Shown here piece by piece: positions 8,770-16,084 of a stretch of DNA of 64,000 nt; position 1 is the stretch's first letter; each line of letters opens with the position of its first letter. The translations under genes and the position numbers were made by a program. This DNA comes from Pseudomonadota bacterium (lineage in GTDB: Bacteria; Pseudomonadota; Alphaproteobacteria; Rhodobacterales; Rhodobacteraceae). The stretch lies in the NCBI GenBank assembly GCA_039198225.1, contig JBCCTQ010000005.1, positions 59,829 through 123,828 of the forward strand, in the 5' to 3' direction. The notes under the pieces are model-generated. The model worked only from the letters and a program-made list of their open reading frames with translations, made no database searches and was not told where the DNA came from.

Positions 8770-9204
8770 TTACTTGGTGTCGTTTGCCATATCGACACCA
8801 TCCTCGTTTTTGAGGAAGCTGTCGTTTTTGGTGAGGGACATGTCGACAATTCGGCGGATCGGAAAGCCATCATAATCTGACGTCAATTTATCTCGACCGT
8901 CAGCGGCGGTCCACTTATAGTCCATGCGACCCATTTGAACGACGCATTGGGGAATGATCTCGAAGCGCTCTTTCGCGGCAGATTCTTCTGCGAAGATATC
9001 CATCTCCGTTGCTTCTTCGAATTCCTGGAGGGTCTTCAACTCGTCAATTTTACTATCGCTCTCATTCTTGGCGGTCGTCGCCAGAATTTCATATGCGGCG
9101 AGGAGGACCCACTCTGGATGATCGCCCCGCACCACAAGGCTCATTTCGGGACATCGGAATTCGTACCGCCCGTCGGCTTCAGACAATTGGCCTAGATTTT
9201 GCAT
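8770..9204 (-). CDS. Hypothetical protein (144 aa), first gene of the pyp operon
   Basis: The internal ATG 9204 with an AAAGGAA RBS is preferred over GTG 9234. The gene ends 44 nt upstream of pyp. No family recognised. Confidence 0.55.
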   Translation of the reverse strand: MQNLGQLSEADGRYEFRCPEMSLVVRGDHPEWVLLAAYEILATTAKNESDSKIDELKTLQEFEEATEMDIFAEESAAKERFEIIPQCVVQMGRMDYKWTAADGRDKLTSDYDGFPIRRIVDMSLTKNDSFLKNEDGVDMANDTK

Positions 9205-9368
9205 CCGGATGACGTTCCTTTCGGCTGGAGACACTTTAAAACCGCATCGGTTCCGGCTTGCTGGGGAATAGGTTCGAAAACGTCAAAATTCAGTTTACGG
9301 TGTCGTGATCCCTTGCTTTGTCCTGCCGGGTTGATACTGTTCAGTGGTGTGGGATTAGGGGTAACGAG

Positions 9369-9521
9369 ATGTCGTCTTGGGTAGAACTGCGTGTCGAGAA
9401 CGAGTTTGAGGGCGTTCTGATTTATGCTTTTGAGCGGCCAACAGACGCGGCCGAGATGATTGAATTCCTATCAAGCTTTTGGCCGAAGGCGCGTTTTATT
9501 GTCGAACCTCTCCGACATTGA
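9369..9521 (+). CDS. Possible small protein (50 aa) in the divergent control region
   Basis: ATG 9369 is preceded by AGGGG. The product is MSSWVELRVENEFEGVLIYAFERPTDAAEMIEFLSSFWPKARFIVEPLRH. It is short and has no recognised homology. Confidence 0.25.
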   Translation: MSSWVELRVENEFEGVLIYAFERPTDAAEMIEFLSSFWPKARFIVEPLRH

Positions 9522-9627
9522 CTGGCGTAATCAACGCCGCTGCAGAAATGCGACTGAGGATGTAGCGGTCGTTTGGCGTGGCTCTCCGTTAACTTTGGCG
9601 TAAGCATTAAACTGATAAACGCGAGGG

Positions 9628-10119
9628 ATGATGCATCCCAGCGTTACCACGGCCCAGGAGGCTTTGAGCGCTTCTGGCGATGCTACACCGTCTGCGGCTT
9701 GGTCGCTCACGCTCTTACCTCGCAGTGGTGCACCTCCGCTGCGATTTTTCGGCAGAGAAGTCTTCAAAGAAACAACAGGCGGTTTGAGCGAGCCGCTCAT
9801 TGTGGGCCTTTGGGCGAAGCGCAAGGCGGGGTACGTGCTGCAGCATTCCGCGATTGAAGCGGAGCCGCGGTCACATGTGACGGTCAGCGTTGACGATCTG
9901 TCGACGGCGATGTTTGCGCTCGAAGACTATTGCTCGACCCTTGCTGCGGGGCGGGATGCCGCCTTTGAGTTCGAGGGGCCGGACCTCGATGTGGCCCTGA
10001 ACAGATCGCTGGACGCCCAAGTCAGACGCAGCCGAACCAACGCTTTTCTTACCCTTGCCGGTCATGCCCTTGCCATGTGGGACACATGGCTTGCGGATGA
10101 GGCCGATGACCGAAACTAG
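9628..10119 (+). CDS. Hypothetical protein (163 aa), member of the local paralogue set
   Basis: Transcribed divergently from the pyp operon. Shared motifs: PLRFFG, GLSEPLIVGLWAKRKAGYVL, AMFALEDYC. Its stop overlaps the RBS of the next gene. Confidence 0.55.
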   Translation: MMHPSVTTAQEALSASGDATPSAAWSLTLLPRSGAPPLRFFGREVFKETTGGLSEPLIVGLWAKRKAGYVLQHSAIEAEPRSHVTVSVDDLSTAMFALEDYCSTLAAGRDAAFEFEGPDLDVALNRSLDAQVRRSRTNAFLTLAGHALAMWDTWLADEADDRN

Positions 10120-10129
10120 GAGATCCTGA

Positions 10130-10843
10130 ATGTCGAGCTCTTCGTTGCAGTCCAGCAGTGCCATCCGAATGGAAGCGCGCCAACATTTGCGCAAGCTTCG
10201 CCAAGCGCGGCTTCAGTCAAAGATTGCTCGAACCCCAGGGCCTCCAACTGAGGAAAATACACAGTCGGTGCCTTTGGTTGGCGGTGAGGTGCCGATTGAG
10301 GAACACGACGCACATGCGGCCAACGAAGCCATTGAGCCCCGTGTGGAAGAAACGTTCGCGTCGCAACGTGCCGGAAGCGTATTCATACAATTACAGGCTG
10401 ACGAGGTGCCGGAAAGCGAGGGAAAGTCTACGGATCAGTCCGTAGAAGATATGCCTTCGGAAAAGCCCAGCGCCGGTGCCTCGGAAGAGCTTGAAAGTGA
10501 TCCTTCGGCCGTTTTTTTGGACGAACCCGGTGACACAGACGTAGCTGATGCCGAGCGTACCGACAGTGGCGAGGAAACTGAAAAGAATTCGGTAGAGCAC
10601 TCAGAGGCGCCATCGAAGGAAGTGGCAATTAGTATTCGAGAGCCCGGAGAATCCGAGCTCTTTGCGCTGCCAGGATCGGGCCCAGGATTGGTATGGATGC
10701 TGGAAAAGAGCGGCATCTCAGACCTGAAAGCCCTTGCTGAGGCTGACGTCGAAAAGCTTCGAACGGATCTGGGGCTAATCGCCAAGATCCTCGACGTCGA
10801 TTATTGGATCGAGTTTGCGAGGAAGTCTCAAGAAGAGGCCTAG
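10130..10843 (+). CDS. Acidic low-complexity protein with a C-terminal helix-hairpin-helix-like domain (237 aa)
   Basis: A TAGGAG RBS overlaps the upstream stop. About 170 aa are E/D/S/P-rich, followed by LFALPGSGPGLVWMLEKSGISDLKALAEADVEKLRTDLGLIAKILDVDYWIEFA, which has an HhH-type LPG.GP pattern. Confidence 0.6.
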   Translation: MSSSSLQSSSAIRMEARQHLRKLRQARLQSKIARTPGPPTEENTQSVPLVGGEVPIEEHDAHAANEAIEPRVEETFASQRAGSVFIQLQADEVPESEGKSTDQSVEDMPSEKPSAGASEELESDPSAVFLDEPGDTDVADAERTDSGEETEKNSVEHSEAPSKEVAISIREPGESELFALPGSGPGLVWMLEKSGISDLKALAEADVEKLRTDLGLIAKILDVDYWIEFARKSQEEA

Positions 10844-10981
10844 TCCACCCTGCGCCGAACTACATGGGAAAAGGCCCAGGAGGGCGCTTTGATGGATCTG
10901 AACCGTCTATGCACCAGCCCCTTTCCCTGAGATGCGCGCCGGATGAAGGCAAGGATGCCGGGTTCGTTTAAGACCCGTTGT

Positions 10982-11656
10982 CTAAAGCGCGGCTTGAGCT
11001 TCGGCCGCGGTGCCAAAGCGGGGAAGGTTGGCGGCGGATTTTCCGTGGGCTGCCATCAACGCATCGCGGACAAATGCGATGTGAGCTGTCTCTTCGATGA
11101 TCTCCGCAAGGTATTGCGCAGCCATAATGGTCTTGCCCACGCCAATCGTGCCGTGATTGGCAAGGACCGCTGCGCGAACATCTAGCGCGCGAAAAACGGG
11201 GCTGATCTCGCGTTCCGTTTGCGGCCCGCCATTGCCAGACAGGGGGATCAGGGGCATCCGTCCGATTTTCTCGACGGTTTGAACCGTGAGGCATGGGATC
11301 TCCAGGCCGGCGCTCGCGTATCCCGTTGCCCACGGGCTGTGGCAATGGACAATCGCATTGATATCTTCACGGATTCGGTAGAGGTCGAGGTGGAAGTCGA
11401 GGTCTTTTGATGGCTTGAGGCCTTCGGCGCCCCGGAGGATTGAGCCAGACAGATCGACGACCTGAAGATTGTCGCGGCTACATTCAGCGAAACCCACGCC
11501 CGACGGTTTGATCACAATTGCGTCGCGAGCATCGAGCCTAACTGAGAGGTTGCCACCCGCATTGGTCTGGAGCCCCAGATCGAAACAGCGTCGGGCCGCG
11601 GCAATGAGGTCGTCCATCTTGTCGTAAATGTCGGGAAAGCGGGATGTATCAGGCAT
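10982..11656 (-). CDS. Class II aldolase/adducin-family protein
   Basis: 224 aa with GGNLSVR, IKPSG and a metal-binding HCHSP region typical of FucA/AraD-like class II aldolases. It overlaps the upstream gene by 8 nt. Confidence 0.88.
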   Translation of the reverse strand: MPDTSRFPDIYDKMDDLIAAARRCFDLGLQTNAGGNLSVRLDARDAIVIKPSGVGFAECSRDNLQVVDLSGSILRGAEGLKPSKDLDFHLDLYRIREDINAIVHCHSPWATGYASAGLEIPCLTVQTVEKIGRMPLIPLSGNGGPQTEREISPVFRALDVRAAVLANHGTIGVGKTIMAAQYLAEIIEETAHIAFVRDALMAAHGKSAANLPRFGTAAEAQAAL

Positions 11657-12779
11657 TTGGCATCCTTTCGAACAGGGCGATGACGGCGGCCTCGGCCGTC
11701 GCTTTTTCGTTAATGTGGTGGTCGAGCCGTTGGACCGTAAAGGAGCGCGCCTCCGCTTCGAGGATGTCCGCGGTTATGTCGCGCAAAACCGGAGCCTCGA
11801 TTGCTCCGCCCGGTCGATCCTCGCTGCTAAACCCACCCATTGGAATCAATACGTGGCAGGGGGCGATGGAATGGTTGAGTTCGGCAGCGAGCGCATGGGC
11901 TTGGCTTTCCATTTCGGCTTCAGTCAAAACCACATGGGTGAAGTGTCTCGCATGGGCATAGTGAGGACGGGCGCGATAGGCGTCCGACACCGTGTGCCGA
12001 GCTCCGAATCCAATGAAATTAAGACCCCCGGGGAGCACGACCCGAGGGAGCGCGTCGGCCACCCGAAAACGATCAGGCATCGGTACGTGGTCGCCAGCCA
12101 GTCGAAGGCGGCCAAGTTCGTGGACATTGAGGTCGATGACAGCCGCGGCGTGGCCTTCGGCAACAAATCGCGAGAATGCCGCACCGCCAAAGCCATTGGC
12201 ATGAAAGACAGTTGCGTCGAGCCCCTTATCCGCGAGCGCTTCCGCCACGGCCGCGCCCGCCGCATTGGTTGTGCCCAATGTGGTGACAGCGACGTTCGCC
12301 CGGTCGCCATGGGCAACCGTCGAGGCCTGGGCCAATCCGCCCACCATGGCCGCAGTGTTCTCAAAAACCTGGCTGAGCATCGGGTTCAAACCTTGGAGAT
12401 CGCAGAGCGTGGGCACCAATGTAATCGCGGTGTCGGCAAGTGCTGCGCGTGGGTCGAAGGCCAATGTCGTGACAAGAAACTTGGGAAACGTCGCCGGGAG
12501 CGCCTTCAATGTGTCAAGCGCGATCTCTCCCCCGGTTCCACCGCCGAGCCCGATTGCGGCTAGGGCTTGGTCGCCATGCTGGGCCACTTCCTGCGCGCCG
12601 GCCGAGACGACCTCGGCCATTCGGGCCATTTTGGCCTCACTTGTGAGGACGACGCCTCTCGCATCGAGTGACGTGTCGACCACGACCGGCTCGAGCCCGT
12701 GGCGCTCAAGCGCAGCGACCAATTCTTGTATTTCTGCCGATTTGGTCTCCACCGTCCCGATCACGAGGACGCGTTTCAT
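11649..12779 (-). CDS. UPF0261 (Tm-1-like ATP-binding domain) family protein
   Basis: 376 aa. The N-terminus MKRVLVIGTVETKSAEIQEL and the overall pattern resemble UPF0261 proteins. Confidence 0.75.
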   Translation of the reverse strand: MKRVLVIGTVETKSAEIQELVAALERHGLEPVVVDTSLDARGVVLTSEAKMARMAEVVSAGAQEVAQHGDQALAAIGLGGGTGGEIALDTLKALPATFPKFLVTTLAFDPRAALADTAITLVPTLCDLQGLNPMLSQVFENTAAMVGGLAQASTVAHGDRANVAVTTLGTTNAAGAAVAEALADKGLDATVFHANGFGGAAFSRFVAEGHAAAVIDLNVHELGRLRLAGDHVPMPDRFRVADALPRVVLPGGLNFIGFGARHTVSDAYRARPHYAHARHFTHVVLTEAEMESQAHALAAELNHSIAPCHVLIPMGGFSSEDRPGGAIEAPVLRDITADILEAEARSFTVQRLDHHINEKATAEAAVIALFERMPNA

Positions 12780-12780
12780 A

Positions 12781-13716
12781 TCAGCCTTTCACCGCGCCGG
12801 CGGTCATGCCGGTGATGATCTGGCGCGACGCAAAGAGCGTGAAAAGGATAGGCGGGATCGCAAGGAGCATGCCGGTCGCAAAGATCGTACCGAGCCCGTC
12901 GAATTCGCTGGCATTGTTCACGATGAGAATGGGCACGGTCATGGTGTCGCGGTCGGCGAGGGCGGATGCCAGGAGGTATTCGTTCCAGGCGATGCGAATG
13001 GTGAAAATCGACGCCGCGGCGAGGCCCGGTTTAATGAGCGGCAGGACAACCATGAAAAAGGTCTGAAACGGCCCCGCACCGTCGACCCGGGCCGCTTCTT
13101 CGAGGGATGGCGGCACCTGGACGATGACGCTCTGCAATATCCAGATAACGAAGGGGAGGTTCATGGCGATGTAGATCAGAATAATGCCCGAGTGGGTGCC
13201 TGCGAGGCAGACATCGCCTCGTCCGCCGAATGTGTCGCGGATCCATTCTCCGAGGCCGTAATCATTGTCGAGGCAGAAGGCGTTGTTCCAAAGGCCGAAA
13301 ACCGGGACGAGGAGTACCGCCGGTGGGATCATTCGAACCGCAAGGGTCGACAGAGACAGGCTATCGCGACCCAGAAACCGAAACCGGACCAAGGCGTAGG
13401 CGCCCATGCAGCCAAAGATCAACGTGAGCCCCGTGGAGATCAGAGCGATGATGATCGAATTGATGAACGCGCCCCCGAAGCGGATCTGGCAAAAGCGAAG
13501 ATGGTCGGGCTCGTACCAGAGAACGTCGCAAAGTGCGGTTTCGTAATTCTGAATGGTCGGCATGAACAAAAGCCCACCGACGCCACTTGTAATATCGACA
13601 TCAAGCTTGAGCGAGTTCGTCAGAAGCAGGACAACCGGGCCCACTGACATGAAGATCAGAACGGCGATGAGGGCATAGAAGGCAGGGTTCTGGCGGTCAT
13701 AGCTTGTGTCGGACAT
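12781..13716 (-). CDS. Carbohydrate ABC transporter permease (MalG/UgpE-like)
   Basis: 311 aa, 6-TM BPD-type permease containing an EAA-loop-like SLEEAARVDGAGPFQTFF. Confidence 0.9.
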   Translation of the reverse strand: MSDTSYDRQNPAFYALIAVLIFMSVGPVVLLLTNSLKLDVDITSGVGGLLFMPTIQNYETALCDVLWYEPDHLRFCQIRFGGAFINSIIIALISTGLTLIFGCMGAYALVRFRFLGRDSLSLSTLAVRMIPPAVLLVPVFGLWNNAFCLDNDYGLGEWIRDTFGGRGDVCLAGTHSGIILIYIAMNLPFVIWILQSVIVQVPPSLEEAARVDGAGPFQTFFMVVLPLIKPGLAAASIFTIRIAWNEYLLASALADRDTMTVPILIVNNASEFDGLGTIFATGMLLAIPPILFTLFASRQIITGMTAGAVKG

Positions 13717-13720
13717 TGCC

Positions 13721-14689
13721 CTAACCTTCCTCCTCGGCCGCGAATTTTAGGCGTCGCGACCGCGCTTCTTGCCAGCGCGAGAAAGCAAACATGCCCAGCG
13801 TCAGCACCATCAAGAGCAATAAGAGATAATTCGACATGGCCGCCGCTTCGCCGAGTTCGCGGAATTCGCGCGCTGTTCGGGCGATCCGAAGGGCGAGAAT
13901 TTCCGTCGAAAGCCCTGGTCCGCCGCCTGTGAGAACAAGGATCACCTCTAACACTTTAAACGCATCGATGAGGCGCAATAGCATGGTGACAACCAAGACC
14001 GGCATCATCAGCGGCAATTTGATATGAACGATTTGCTGCCATCCGGTGGCGCCATCGATCCGGGCGGCTTCCAGCGTCGAGCGCGGAAGTGATTGGAGAG
14101 CGGCAAGGGACAAAATGAAAATAAACGGCGTCCATTGCCAGATATCGGCAATGATCACCGAAAGAAGTGGGTTTTGCCCGAGCCAATCAATTTTGGGCAG
14201 GCCGATGCTTTCGAGGAAACGGTTAAAGGTGCCGTAGGTGGCGTGGAACATATAGCGCCAGACAAGCCCCACCACGACCGGGGCGATCATCATCGGTAGG
14301 ATAAAAAGCGTCCGAAGCACCGACATGCCACGGATGTTGCGGTCAAGGAGGAGCGCGAGGCCCACGCCGAGCACCATTTCCACTGCGACGACCGTGAAGG
14401 CAAAAACCAGTGTGATCCAGAAACTCGTGTGAAACGCCGCGTCGCCGAGAAGCTTAACGTAGTTTCCAAAGCCGATGAATGCGGCGTCACCGAGGCTTTG
14501 ACTTGGGTCCCAATCGTGGAAGCTGCCCCAAACCATGTACGCAATTGGATAAAACAGCGCGAGGATCATCACCAGCCCGGCGGGAGCGATGAACATGTAA
14601 GGTGTCAGGCGATTGAGGGCGGTGCGGGACAAATCGTCGACCTTTTGGGCGCTGCGAATACGGTGTCGAGAGAAGGGAAGCCCTCGCAT
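13721..14689 (-). CDS. Carbohydrate ABC transporter permease (MalF/UgpA-like)
   Basis: 322 aa with the EAA loop LEAARIDGATGWQQ. The start is uncertain because ATG 14689 lies inside a perfect hairpin. Confidence 0.88.
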   Translation of the reverse strand: MRGLPFSRHRIRSAQKVDDLSRTALNRLTPYMFIAPAGLVMILALFYPIAYMVWGSFHDWDPSQSLGDAAFIGFGNYVKLLGDAAFHTSFWITLVFAFTVVAVEMVLGVGLALLLDRNIRGMSVLRTLFILPMMIAPVVVGLVWRYMFHATYGTFNRFLESIGLPKIDWLGQNPLLSVIIADIWQWTPFIFILSLAALQSLPRSTLEAARIDGATGWQQIVHIKLPLMMPVLVVTMLLRLIDAFKVLEVILVLTGGGPGLSTEILALRIARTAREFRELGEAAAMSNYLLLLLMVLTLGMFAFSRWQEARSRRLKFAAEEEG

Positions 14690-14705
14690 CCTGCGATGCG
14701 AGGGC
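14680..14705 (-). promoter_or_regulatory. Intercistronic perfect 11-bp stem / 4-nt loop between the SBP and permease genes
   Basis: gccctcgcatc (14680-14690), loop ctgc, gatgcgagggc (14695-14705). The stem covers the candidate permease start codon at 14687-14689. Confidence 0.5.
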
Positions 14706-14717
14706 TCATAGCGACAG

Positions 14718-16052
14718 CTACTGCCAGATGTAGTAGCCTTCTTCTTCCATCAGGGCGCGGGTCCGTTCTGCGATCCCATCGAGCGCTTCCTGAATGTCAA
14801 GGTCGTCGGTCAGAACCTGGCTCATCGTCGTCCCGATATCGGCGTTGATCTTGCCCCAGGCGGGGATGATCGGACGCCAATCCGGATCGGCGAATTCAAG
14901 AGCTTCCCCGAATGTTGCAGACCAGGGGAATTTCTCGTTGAGAGCCGCATCCTGGTAGGTCGAGAAGCGTGACGGGTTACCGCCAGCCATGGCAACCGCC
15001 AGATCACCCTCTTTCGAGGTCAGCCATTGCATCAGGAGGAAGGCCGCTTCCTTGTTCTCGGCATTGGCCGGGATCCCAAGACCGAAACCGCCGGTCTGGC
15101 TGGCACGGGTCACGCCCATCGGGTGCATCGCGTAGCCAACTTTGCCGACCACCGTCGATCGGCTTTCGTCCTGGAAGGTTGGCGCGAAGGCAATCGAATC
15201 GAGGAACATCGCCGCTTGACCTTGGGCAAAAGCGTTAGCCGCTTCGGCTGGGCCAAAGGCTGACGAACCTTCTGGGCCGCAATCGACGATTGATTTCAGT
15301 GCGTTGGCTGCCTCAACACCGGCTTCGTTGTTGATGATCGGGCTCCATGCCTGGTCAAACACCCGACCGCCGAGGGGCGCGAGGTGCAAAAGGAATGCGT
15401 GGGAGGCTTGGTGACCCGATGCCGCCCGTGAGGCCACACCGCCCATGCCCGGTTCGACTTCTGGAATTTTGCAGGCCGCATCGAGAAGGGCGTCATACGT
15501 TTCTGGCACTGCAATGCCATGCTTTTCAAAGATGTCTTCGCGGTAGAACAGAACGGAGGTTTCCGATCCGAAGGGCAGGCCATAGAGCGAGCCCGTGGGG
15601 CCCGGCAGATAGCCCTTTTCGCCTCCAGCCACACCAATGTTCTGGACGTAGCCGTCAATCAGATCGCTTGAATCGTAGCCTGGATTCGCGAGCTTTGGAT
15701 TCATAAAGTATTTCGCAAGGTTCTCGAGCTGATCGGCGAAAACGTAGTCGGCTTTAGAAAAAACCACGTAGGCGATCAGGTCATAGGCCCCTTCATCGAG
15801 GGCAAGCTCCAGCGTTTGTCGCTCGCGCATATCGAGATAGGGGAGCATATCCACCTCAACCTCGATGCCTGTTTCTTCAGTGAATTGCGGCAAGACTTCC
15901 ATCACCGCATTGTAATGCGGATGCGATGGGAAATTTACCACGAGTGTCGTACCGGCGTACTCGTCATAGGGTCCGCCATGGCCTCCGGCGAAGGCGGCGC
16001 TGGCGAGGGCGACGCCCGCGACCATCGTCGAAGTTCTGAGTAGGTTCAGCAT
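14718..16052 (-). CDS. ABC transporter extracellular solute-binding protein (family 1, sugar-type)
   Basis: True start is ATG 16052 (MLNLLRTSTMVAGVALASAAFAG signal peptide) with a GGGAGGA RBS. The 56-codon N-terminal extension in the track is rejected. Confidence 0.9.
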   Translation of the reverse strand: MLNLLRTSTMVAGVALASAAFAGGHGGPYDEYAGTTLVVNFPSHPHYNAVMEVLPQFTEETGIEVEVDMLPYLDMRERQTLELALDEGAYDLIAYVVFSKADYVFADQLENLAKYFMNPKLANPGYDSSDLIDGYVQNIGVAGGEKGYLPGPTGSLYGLPFGSETSVLFYREDIFEKHGIAVPETYDALLDAACKIPEVEPGMGGVASRAASGHQASHAFLLHLAPLGGRVFDQAWSPIINNEAGVEAANALKSIVDCGPEGSSAFGPAEAANAFAQGQAAMFLDSIAFAPTFQDESRSTVVGKVGYAMHPMGVTRASQTGGFGLGIPANAENKEAAFLLMQWLTSKEGDLAVAMAGGNPSRFSTYQDAALNEKFPWSATFGEALEFADPDWRPIIPAWGKINADIGTTMSQVLTDDLDIQEALDGIAERTRALMEEEGYYIWQ

Positions 16053-16084
16053 GTTATCCTCCCGGTTGCTGATTTTGACGCGCC

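Noticed and set aside
11628-13647. 311-aa and 460-aa plus-strand ORFs.
   Set aside because: Both are antisense to the UPF0261 and ABC permease genes, which have clear family signatures. The translations are Arg/Pro/Gly/Ala-rich and low in complexity.
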